Assembly (NCBI GenBank): GCA_900128565.1
Contig: LT635935.1
Location: 1 to 42,146 of the forward strand
Direction: 5' to 3'
From: Stramenopiles sp. TOSAG23-6
Taxonomy: Eukaryota
DNA length: 42,146 bases
Shown: positions 19,160-29,300 of the stretch, piece by piece
Layout of the letters: each line of letters starts with the position of its first letter
Numbering within the stretch: position 1 is the first letter of the stretch
Notes under the pieces: generated by a model
Seen by the model: the letters and a program-made list of their open reading frames with translations, nothing else
Told to the model about the DNA's origin: nothing
Database searches by the model: none
Position numbers and translations under genes: made by a program

Positions 19160-19882
19160 ATGAATGCCCGTAGAATAACTCACGCCATTGCTTCTCGGCT
19201 TAAAGTTGCATCTAGCAGTAATGTAAGTTTAGAATCTTTGCGTATTTCCACTCGGCCATTATCCACAGACGTTGCAGACGACGAAAACTATGGGTTGCAC
19301 GAACTCCGTGAATACACTTTGCACACGGACCAGTTACCCAAGTATCTCGAACTTACCGGTAGTAGTGCATTTGATGCTCGTACAAATGCGTCTCCTTTAC
19401 TTGGTTTCTTTGTTCTAGAAATGGGTGGTCAACTCAATAAAGTTGTACATTTGTGGGAGTACGAAAACTTGGACCATAGAACGGAAGTCCGGAAGGAACT
19501 TTCCACTAACCAAGGTTTCCTCGACTACTTTGCAGCCATTCGACCTATGCTTGCGTCCCAATCATCAGTTTTACTAAGACCTCATTTATGGGACCCCGAT
19601 TGCGTAAATGGCGACTCTGGATTGTTTATGCTTTCTCGTCGATCTTTGGTTGTTGAAGAAGAAAATTTTGAAGAAGATGATGAAGGTGAGGAGAGTGAAG
19701 ATGAAGAGCAAGTACAAACTATCGGCCACTGGGAAGAAATCCTAGGAGATCGTGGGACAGAATGGGCACTTGAACGCAGCACTTGTTACCAGTCTCTTTT
19801 GGATAATGCTGATGATACAGAAAGAGATCTTGGCTGGAACGTTCGAATAATGGCTCCAACTCCTTTTTCACCTCTCAAGTGA
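19160..19882 (+). CDS. NIPSNAP family protein (240 aa), probably mitochondrial
   Basis: LHELREYTL...SPLLGFFVLEMGGQLNKVVHLWEYENLDHRTEVRKEL and the terminal MAPTPFSPLK are NIPSNAP hallmarks. The first ATG at 19160 gives an Arg/Ser-rich presequence, MNARRITHAIASRLKVASSS. Confidence 0.88.
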   Translation: MNARRITHAIASRLKVASSSNVSLESLRISTRPLSTDVADDENYGLHELREYTLHTDQLPKYLELTGSSAFDARTNASPLLGFFVLEMGGQLNKVVHLWEYENLDHRTEVRKELSTNQGFLDYFAAIRPMLASQSSVLLRPHLWDPDCVNGDSGLFMLSRRSLVVEEENFEEDDEGEESEDEEQVQTIGHWEEILGDRGTEWALERSTCYQSLLDNADDTERDLGWNVRIMAPTPFSPLK

Positions 19883-19900
19883 GTGATATCTTAAAAAAAA

Positions 19901-20995
19901 TTGTTAGGTACAAAATTTCGTATGAAAAAAAAATCGAATTTGAAAAAAAAATAAAACATACATATCCTATATCTTCCAAAAAGAGACATAACACTGTCAT
20001 TCGACCATATCCTTGCATTAAAACATCTTTTTGGTATTTTTGGTATTTTTGGTCTTTTTGGTCTTTTTGGTCTTTTTGGTTAGAATTAGGGTTGGGGATA
20101 TCTTTTTGGTTAGCGTTAGGGTTAGGGCTATCTTTTTGAGTACATAATAACAATTGCCCTGCTATAAGAGCATTTTGTGTACGGTCATTTGTTACCGGGT
20201 ATCTATAGGCTGAATCTAAATATATTCCTTCATGACAACAACCACCACCCGATAGAAAAACATCTTCTAGTAACAATGTTGCTCTTGCACAAATGTTTTG
20301 TCAAAAATATATTAGGGTTAGGGTTGAAGGGTTAGGGTTTCAAAAAAACTAAAAATAAAAGATTCATACAAAAGGTTTACAATTTTTCAAAAAAACAAAT
20401 TAGGGTTAGGGTTAGGTACATTTCTTCGGAATTTGAAAAACATGCGACAAGTCTTACTCGAAGACAGACAATTCGTAACCACAATGCATTTGTAAAAACA
20501 TATTCAAAAATAATTGAAATTTGTTAGGTACAAAATTTACTATAAAAAATATTTCATTAAAAAAAAAGTCTAGGGTTAGGGTGTACAACATTTTCATCGA
20601 AAAAAAAAAAACTCGTTATGTACAAATTTTTTATACGGATAACCATTAGGGTTAGGGTTCATTAAGGTTCATTAGGGTTGGGGTTATAGTAAAACCTACA
20701 TGGACGAATTTTTTTTTCTGTTGAAATAAAAAAATCAGAAAATTTTGGATGAATTTTTACTTCATTTAGTAAATTATAAATCCGATGCATATATTTAATA
20801 ATAATATACATATTAACATATTGACAAGTACGACCATTTTGATAATTCTTTTTTCTAGATTTCTCATTAGGGTTAGGGTTATAATTTACATTTCGATTTG
20901 TTTTTCTTTTTTTACTACATTCAACATCCAAAATATCACTTGATAAAGACGATGCTTTGTGAAAACAATATTTTTTTAAAATGTTTTGTTAGGTA

Positions 20996-20998
<3 letters not shown>
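19901..20998 (+). repeat. Very AT-rich region with ~8 short co-oriented (TTAGGG)1-3 clusters and three TTGTTAGGTACAA motifs (subtelomere-like or dispersed-repeat cluster)
   Basis: TTAGGG clusters lie near 20086, 20116, 20312, 20400, 20571, 20646, 20672 and 20867. TTGTTAGGTACAA occurs at 19901, 20521 and 20986. Confidence 0.75.
20026..20138 (+). repeat. 9-bp tandem array (TTTTTGGT[A/C]) grading into two 30-bp units that contain telomere-like hexamers
   Basis: tctttttggttagaattagggttggggata (20071-20100) and tctttttggttagcgttagggttagggcta (20101-20130) follow about five 9-mers. Confidence 0.85.
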
Positions 20999-21043
<45 letters not shown>

Positions 21044-21053
21044 ATTTTTAAAT

Positions 21054-21093
<40 letters not shown>

Positions 21094-21103
21094 ATTTAAA
21101 AAT

Positions 21104-21148
<45 letters not shown>
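20999..21148. repeat. Pure A/T palindrome core: T38 A8 T5 A3 T21 | A21 T3 A5 T8 A38
   Basis: 150 nt without G or C, symmetric about 21073/21074. Confidence 0.95.
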
Positions 21149-21151
<3 letters not shown>

Positions 21152-22246
21152 TACCTAACAAAACATTTTAAAAAAATATTGTTTTCACAAAGCATCGTCT
21201 TTATCAAGTGATATTTTGGATGTTGAATGTAGTAAAAAAAGAAAAACAAATCGAAATGTAAATTATAACCCTAACCCTAATGAGAAATCTAGAAAAAAGA
21301 ATTATCAAAATGGTCGTACTTGTCAATATGTTAATATGTATATTATTATTAAATATATGCATCGGATTTATAATTTACTAAATGAAGTAAAAATTCATCC
21401 AAAATTTTCTGATTTTTTTATTTCAACAGAAAAAAAAATTCGTCCATGTAGGTTTTACTATAACCCCAACCCTAATGAACCTTAATGAACCCTAACCCTA
21501 ATGGTTATCCGTATAAAAAATTTGTACATAACGAGTTTTTTTTTTTTCGATGAAAATGTTGTACACCCTAACCCTAGACTTTTTTTTTAATGAAATATTT
21601 TTTATAGTAAATTTTGTACCTAACAAATTTCAATTATTTTTGAATATGTTTTTACAAATGCATTGTGGTTACGAATTGTCTGTCTTCGAGTAAGACTTGT
21701 CGCATGTTTTTCAAATTCCGAAGAAATGTACCTAACCCTAACCCTAATTTGTTTTTTTGAAAAATTGTAAACCTTTTGTATGAATCTTTTATTTTTAGTT
21801 TTTTTGAAACCCTAACCCTTCAACCCTAACCCTAATATATTTTTGACAAAACATTTGTGCAAGAGCAACATTGTTACTAGAAGATGTTTTTCTATCGGGT
21901 GGTGGTTGTTGTCATGAAGGAATATATTTAGATTCAGCCTATAGATACCCGGTAACAAATGACCGTACACAAAATGCTCTTATAGCAGGGCAATTGTTAT
22001 TATGTACTCAAAAAGATAGCCCTAACCCTAACGCTAACCAAAAAGATATCCCCAACCCTAATTCTAACCAAAAAGACCAAAAAGACCAAAAAGACCAAAA
22101 ATACCAAAAATACCAAAAAGATGTTTTAATGCAAGGATATGGTCGAATGACAGTGTTATGTCTCTTTTTGGAAGATATAGGATATGTATGTTTTATTTTT
22201 TTTTCAAATTCGATTTTTTTTTCATACGAAATTTTGTACCTAACAA
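21149..22246 (-). repeat. Mirror copy of the TTAGGG-cluster region
   Basis: Reverse complement of 19901-20998. Confidence 0.75.
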
Positions 22247-22264
22247 TTTTTTTTAAGATATCAC

Positions 22265-22987
22265 TCACTTGAGAGGTGAAAAAGGAGTTGGAGCCATTAT
22301 TCGAACGTTCCAGCCAAGATCTCTTTCTGTATCATCAGCATTATCCAAAAGAGACTGGTAACAAGTGCTGCGTTCAAGTGCCCATTCTGTCCCACGATCT
22401 CCTAGGATTTCTTCCCAGTGGCCGATAGTTTGTACTTGCTCTTCATCTTCACTCTCCTCACCTTCATCATCTTCTTCAAAATTTTCTTCTTCAACAACCA
22501 AAGATCGACGAGAAAGCATAAACAATCCAGAGTCGCCATTTACGCAATCGGGGTCCCATAAATGAGGTCTTAGTAAAACTGATGATTGGGACGCAAGCAT
22601 AGGTCGAATGGCTGCAAAGTAGTCGAGGAAACCTTGGTTAGTGGAAAGTTCCTTCCGGACTTCCGTTCTATGGTCCAAGTTTTCGTACTCCCACAAATGT
22701 ACAACTTTATTGAGTTGACCACCCATTTCTAGAACAAAGAAACCAAGTAAAGGAGACGCATTTGTACGAGCATCAAATGCACTACTACCGGTAAGTTCGA
22801 GATACTTGGGTAACTGGTCCGTGTGCAAAGTGTATTCACGGAGTTCGTGCAACCCATAGTTTTCGTCGTCTGCAACGTCTGTGGATAATGGCCGAGTGGA
22901 AATACGCAAAGATTCTAAACTTACATTACTGCTAGATGCAACTTTAAGCCGAGAAGCAATGGCGTGAGTTATTCTACGGGCATTCAT
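22265..22987 (-). CDS. NIPSNAP family protein (mirror copy)
   Basis: Translation is identical to 19160..19882. Confidence 0.85.
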   Translation of the reverse strand: MNARRITHAIASRLKVASSSNVSLESLRISTRPLSTDVADDENYGLHELREYTLHTDQLPKYLELTGSSAFDARTNASPLLGFFVLEMGGQLNKVVHLWEYENLDHRTEVRKELSTNQGFLDYFAAIRPMLASQSSVLLRPHLWDPDCVNGDSGLFMLSRRSLVVEEENFEEDDEGEESEDEEQVQTIGHWEEILGDRGTEWALERSTCYQSLLDNADDTERDLGWNVRIMAPTPFSPLK

Positions 22988-23280
22988 TTTAATTGTATTT
23001 CCAAAGCGCTGCAAGGTTATAACCTTGTTGTTGACTACTTGACCCAGTTCTCGAGATCGGTCAGTGGTGTCAGTACAAAAATGCAATTCTCGCTCTCGAG
23101 CAGTTTTGTGATGCGCGACTCATCATCATCTCGACTCGAAGTCATGGAGAAAGTGATCTATCGACCACGCTTACGGTATTTCTTAGCGCAGAATATTGTT
23201 GCATTGCTTTCAAGTATATCAATATAGTGAGCTTTAATAAGACACATACTACATATACGACGATCATATATATATAACAG

Positions 23281-23788
23281 ATGTCATCTGAGGCAAAAAG
23301 CGCAGAGACGCTGGCGAAAGGTAAGTATTCTCTCTCTCATGTTCAAATACCCAATTTTTAGAAACCGTGTTACACTATAGTTACCCATTCATACAATCAT
23401 ATATACTCATACCTCTATTTATTTTGATTCTATAGTTTCCATAGTGAGTGATAGTAAAAAGGGTGATTCCAGTGAGGAACGCTTCAAAGTGAAGAGTTGG
23501 AATGGTGTAGCTATGTGGTCCTGGGATATATGTACGGATACTTGTGCAATATGTCGTAATAAGTTGACTGAACCTAGTATTGAGTATCAAGCTAATCCAA
23601 CGAGAGCAAATGAGTCTGGTCTTTCTATCGCTTGGGGTTGTTGTGGTCATGTATTTCATTTAGACTGTATTCAGCGTTGGCTGAAGACTCGTAATACTTG
23701 TCCAATTTGTTCGAAAGAATGGGAATTTGCAAAAATTGAGAGAATTCTTGATGGTGGTGGACCTGCTCAAGAAGGTGAAGGTGCATAA
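23281..23788 (+). CDS. RBX1: RBX1-like RING-box protein (mirror copy), join(23281..23320,23445..23788)
   Basis: ATG at 23281, GTAAGT donor at 23321, AG acceptor ending at 23444. Identical to the first-arm copy. Confidence 0.85.
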
Positions 23789-24237
23789 TTTTTGTTTTTC
23801 TAACAATACAAGGAATTTCCCAGCAGATATTGGTGCATGTGCTTACATGAAACAAGCACAATAATAGATATGTTGCAGTTCGATATTTTCTCTTTCCAAC
23901 ATATTAACACACTTAGAGGGTTTTCAAATATTGTATGAAATTTGTCATTTTAGAAAAGATGTATTTCTATAAACACTTTTTCGTTTTTCTTTCATTCTGC
24001 TTGTTCTATAACTTGATATAGCCTATGCACACATTTTCGTGTATTTTTAGATTTTGCAAGTTGATGCCACTTAAAACAAAGAATTGTTAAAGAAGAATTT
24101 AAAAAAAATATTGTCGGTTGATGTAACTGCCAGTCAAAAATCACCAAAAATCTAGTGTACTACCTAATCTAAATCAATCTTTTTTTTTCTCTTTTGAAGC
24201 AATCTTTCTTTTTCTCTTTTGAAGCATTTCTTCTAAA

Positions 24238-26166
24238 ATGGGTGCCTCTGCGTCCTTTCTCAGTACGTCAGAACGGACAGTAGCGTCTCGTTTAAGTGAA
24301 GATGTTATAGAAACAATGCCTCCAAAAACAAAGCGTGAACTCGAAAATTATCGAAAGATCTATCTGAACGCGTACACAGAGAATGGAGGTAAAGCTGCTG
24401 AAGATAACATAGAATCTGTATTTGCAGTACCAATTACGGACCCTTCGCGTGTAGCAGCATATAAAACTCTTTGCACAGCATACAATATGAATCAAAGGGA
24501 GAAACAAATAGAAGAAGTTGAAGTGGTGCTTAAAGCACTTGAAAGTGCAATTGACGCCACAGTTTTTGTTGGTCAACGTTGGCCCTTTATAATAGATGGT
24601 ACAGGACAAGTAGCTACGTTCTTTCGATATCAAGGAGGCTGTCTACTTGATTCAACTAACCCTCGTGATATGGAACCAGAGAATCTTCGAAAGGCTCTTG
24701 TAGCCTGTTTGCGTTATGGTAAAACTCTCTGTATAAACTTTGGCACTGTCAAGCGGCTGGAACTCTCACAGTTTTTCTCCCAAGGATTTTTTCCATCTGC
24801 AATTTTTGATAGAGAAATACTATACAGGGATGAAGTTATACAGTCCCTTTTACGACCTGATTCTGGTGATCCTACATTTGAAAAATTCGTACCACAAAAT
24901 GATTTTAAGTTTGTTTGCCTTTGTTCTGCTGAAGAAGCACCAAAGAGAACAGCAGCTCGTATGGCTATAATAAGGGTTAGAAATGATGTTCCTCGAAGGC
25001 GAGGCCGAGAGTCTGAGGCAGCTCGAAGTGAATTAGCTGGTGCATTTGGTTTAAAAGAAATGAAACGCAATTCAAAGGAGCTTGTGGATGCTGCTTTTAA
25101 TGGCGATCTTGCCGAAGTGCAAAATTTTGTAGCTAAGGGGTATCACATAGATTCAGAAAACAAACTAGGTCATACTGCCATCAGTGAAGCATCCTGTGCT
25201 GGTAAGATAGATATTGTTGAATGGCTGATTGAACAAGGAGCAAACACAAATACATTTTGTAAAAAACAGAATCGAACACCTCTATTTCGTGCGGCATTTC
25301 ATGGTCATTCTGATATTTGTGAATTGTTATTATGCTCTGGAGCTGATCCCGATTTAAAAACGAATGGAACAGTACCCGAAAAGCCCCAAGATATTGCAAA
25401 GACAAAAGAACTTCAAAGCAAATTATCAGCTTGGGATCGAAAGGTTACCATTGAGTTGAGGCGTCAACGAGAGTCTGAAATTCAGCGTAAATTAGAAGAG
25501 AGAATTAAAGATAAACATAAACTAAATGCCATAGCACGAAATAAAATTCAGCAAGAGCTCGTTGAGCTTGCAGAAATAGGTGATGTACTTAAAGTGACGG
25601 AATATCTAGAAAACCTAGCAACTGAAGCTGAAGAAAATAATGAGAGAGTACCTATGGGATCCGCAATGGCTCGTGATTATAGAGGAAATACATTATTAAG
25701 TATTGCATCGCAGCATGGTAGAATTGAACTTGTCAAAAAATTTGTAACTCACTGGAAAACAGAATTAAAAGAATCGGACTCATTTTTTGACATTGATGAA
25801 AATGAAATGAAGAGAAGGGTGTGGAGAGTTGATGTAAATTCAAGAGACACAAAGGGTTGGTCACCAATAATGATTGCAGCATTTCATTCAAAGAAAAAAA
25901 TTGTTGAACTTTTGCTTGATCATGGCGGCAATCCTAAATTAAGAAATTCATATGGAAAAAATACATTTGAGGTAACAAAAAGTGAAGAAATAAAACAAAT
26001 CTTGCGTACATGGGGCGAAAAAAACGGTTGGACAGATTTGAATACTATTGATAAAGAACAACTTGAATCCGACATAAGTAAGAAAGCAAAAGAAATAATG
26101 AATCCAAAAAAGAAGAAGAAAAGAGGTAAAGGGCGATTGAAGAAGAAAAGCTCAAAGTTGAGGTGA
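24238..26166 (+). CDS. IQANK1-like ankyrin-repeat protein (mirror copy)
   Basis: Identical 642-aa translation. Confidence 0.85.
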   Translation: MGASASFLSTSERTVASRLSEDVIETMPPKTKRELENYRKIYLNAYTENGGKAAEDNIESVFAVPITDPSRVAAYKTLCTAYNMNQREKQIEEVEVVLKALESAIDATVFVGQRWPFIIDGTGQVATFFRYQGGCLLDSTNPRDMEPENLRKALVACLRYGKTLCINFGTVKRLELSQFFSQGFFPSAIFDREILYRDEVIQSLLRPDSGDPTFEKFVPQNDFKFVCLCSAEEAPKRTAARMAIIRVRNDVPRRRGRESEAARSELAGAFGLKEMKRNSKELVDAAFNGDLAEVQNFVAKGYHIDSENKLGHTAISEASCAGKIDIVEWLIEQGANTNTFCKKQNRTPLFRAAFHGHSDICELLLCSGADPDLKTNGTVPEKPQDIAKTKELQSKLSAWDRKVTIELRRQRESEIQRKLEERIKDKHKLNAIARNKIQQELVELAEIGDVLKVTEYLENLATEAEENNERVPMGSAMARDYRGNTLLSIASQHGRIELVKKFVTHWKTELKESDSFFDIDENEMKRRVWRVDVNSRDTKGWSPIMIAAFHSKKKIVELLLDHGGNPKLRNSYGKNTFEVTKSEEIKQILRTWGEKNGWTDLNTIDKEQLESDISKKAKEIMNPKKKKKRGKGRLKKKSSKLR

Positions 26167-26394
26167 AACATTATTAAATCAATAAAGAAAGAAAAATATT
26201 TTTTACAAATGGGTACCAGGTACTAAATTGACTGACATCGGGGATTTCACATCCCCTTGTCAGTTACACAATATCTCCGCTTCTTCGTCTATCGGGTACT
26301 CTAGTACGACCTCTCATTGAAATGCAAAAGATTTAGATTCACCATGACAAATTAATATATTTCTCGGATGCGAATGAACTTGAATAATTGAAAT

Positions 26395-29300
26395 ATGGAG
26401 TTTACATTATTGGATGCGGACATTCGTGATCCAAGCTTGCAATATACAAATTCTTATCCACCTTTTATTCATGCTAGTTTAAGTAGAAATGCAATTAATG
26501 CTTGGAAAAAATGGTGTAAACAAGACGAGCTTCCTGCTGATATACCTCATGTACCAGCAAATGATATTACTATACAAGAAGCCGCTGCTGATGCAATGCT
26601 TCAGCATGGATCTCGACCATTCTCTCGATTAGTATCTGCAAATTCAATGCTCAATCCTAACCAACCTCAGAGTCGACTTTTTGGAGCATCCAGTCTTCGT
26701 CGAACCCCTGTTTCTCGTATTAATACATCTTCAAGACGAGGTTTGCGTCTTTCCCGGCCAGTCACACGGGCACATAGTTCACTCTCGCGACCTCCTACAC
26801 ACCAACAATTAGTCTCGCCAATATCTCAAAGAGGAACCTTATTAACTCCTGGTGGTGGTATAAGTCGCGACTATGCTCAAAGCAGATCATTGAGTGGACT
26901 ATCTATGCGGCGTGAGGATACATACTCGTTTCAACTTCGACAAATAAAGTCAGATATGAACAAACAAGAAAAAAGGGGACAATTAGAAGGATGCTTAGAC
27001 TGTTTAGAAAAAGAGCTTGTGTTGAAACGTGATAGATTTGGATTACACAGTGACGAAGCAACGAATGTAATACGTCACGCAGGTGCATTGTGTAATAGAT
27101 TAGGTAAAAACAAGTTAGAACAGGGCAATCTTGATGATGCTGATATTTTCCTGATGAAAGCAGAAATACTAAATAAAAACTTTGCATTACAGTTGTTGAT
27201 CACTCTTAATTTAGTAGCTGCTGTAAGTAGAAATAGATATGTTCAAACAGCAGATGAAACTGAATTACAGAATGCCCTTGTTTGTCTGAAAAAGTCTTTA
27301 GGAGTTGCAGATAATATAGTTCAAAAAAAGCAAATAACTAATTTTGTTAGTGCTAAAAAGAATTCAAATGTTTCAAAAATAGAAAAAGCAACTGCAAGTA
27401 CACATTTGCAACTTTGTTTTGTATTTGCACTGCTCCGAGAGCACACGTTGGCAGCTGCACACGGTCAGCAAGCTATCCGTTTGCTTGAAGTTGGTATTCG
27501 AAAAGCTTTGCAAAGGAATCAATCAAGAAGAAGTTCCAGAAAGAATTCAAGGCGGAAATTTTTTGCTCCTGATAAAATTGAACTAAATGTAGAAGAACAG
27601 TGCAAAGAATTAGGAGGAGCATACTTGGCATTAGCGCGTCAGCATATTAGTCTCAAATTACCCGGTGCCGCAGTTTCATGTCTGGAAAAAGGTATCTCGA
27701 CATTAGAAACAATAGGGGGAAAACATTCTATAATTCGATCTCTCAAAATACAACGAGTCAAGATTAAATTACAAGAAAGACACAAATCGGATAATGTTGA
27801 GATGCGAAAAAGAACTCATATCCAACAGCAGCAGTTACATAATATTCAACGTTATGAGAAATTAATGTCAGCTATCGATGACAAAAAGGACTTATATATA
27901 GAACTACAACCAAAAAAAACAAAAATTGATAGAAAAATTATAAGACATAAAAATGATAAAAAGGGTATTAAAAGACTTAGTGTCAAAGATATAAATAGAA
28001 AAGCAAAGTTGAAACAATCCATTGCATACGGAAATTTTATTAGGAATCAAAGGAACAAGTTAGAAAGACGACGCACAAATAAACATCGTCAACAAAACAA
28101 TGTGTTTGATATTGTGAGCGATGGGGAGAGCAATGATACTAGCAATAGTATTAGTAATAGTTTAACAAATGAAGGTACCGGTTACCGAAGAATCACTCGT
28201 GCGGACATGCTTCGAGCTAAAACAGGATATACAGTACACTCAATCAATCAAAATGACGATAATACAATAGGAACTACTGATGTATCTTTTGACCAGGACG
28301 TATCTTTCGACCCCGAAGAGTTTTTTATAGATATCGAAGATCCACCAAAGTTACATTTAACTCAAGACATTGGTCGATTTGAAGTAAACAAACAATATAA
28401 TAAAAATGTTAATGTGCAGCAGAGAAAGATCGAACGTCGGAATGCACAGCTCTCAAAACCATCTTTTCAGCAAGGTCTACGATCAGTCCATAATATTCAA
28501 AGATATAGAAAAGGTAATACACGTGTAGGTGTAAAGATGCCGCAATGGCTGTCTAAGAGGCCCGCAATAGAAAACGATAACATAGATCATTTTGAACAGA
28601 AATCCTCAAATATTAAAAGGAGTAAAGCAGCATGGGAAATCGCCGAAGAATTGTCGAGGAGTGAACCTTTGCCATTGTTCTTATCCAAAAGCCGACTGTC
28701 TCACCAAAACACATCACATAATATTGATGTTTTAGATCAGAAAGAAATGAACTTACTAAATAGTGATCAAAGATCGAAGAAATTAAAAAGTCGTTTTGCA
28801 AAAAGACTGGCAACGAACCAGCATAATACTGATGATAAAAAGGGGAACATAATTGCCCAAAAAAGGCAACGGAAAAAAAAGCAGCATTCTGCTGAGGTTG
28901 ATGCAAATCGTATTATGTTGTTACAACACTATAGAGAGATGCTCCGTCTTGGTGTACCGCGTCGTGCTGTGGAACGCGATATGAGAAGTCGCAATATTAG
29001 TATTGATATGCTTGATACTGATCCAACACTTATCTTTAGAAAGGCTAAACATCTTAAAACTCATGACGTGAGAGAGCAACTACATAAAAAACGTAAGGTT
29101 GTCGCTGATACTAGACTGAAAGTGATGCGACGGGGGCAGCTTGATATTGGACAAGAGCACAGTCGCAAGCAAGATATCAATCATGCTGCTGTAACTATAC
29201 AAGCAAGTGTGCGTGGTTGGACTGGCCGTCGTCAAAAATATACAGGAAAAAAAAAAAAGATACAGAATGACGCCGCTTTGCGTATTCAAGCAAATGTTCG

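Noticed and set aside
20080..20890. A bona fide telomere array
   Set aside because: No run exceeds about three hexamers and the runs are interspersed with unique AT-rich DNA, so it is reported only as telomere-like clusters.
20662..20931. 89-aa ORF with NPNPN motifs (and its mirror 21216..21485)
   Set aside because: It has a non-ATG start, is low-complexity and AT-rich, and NPNPN is translated CCCTAA.
1..21073. Alternative (ciliate-type) genetic code or nanochromosome
   Set aside because: TAA, TAG and TGA all end genes at plausible positions, a 12-kb ORF is open in the standard code, and there are no terminal telomere tracts.
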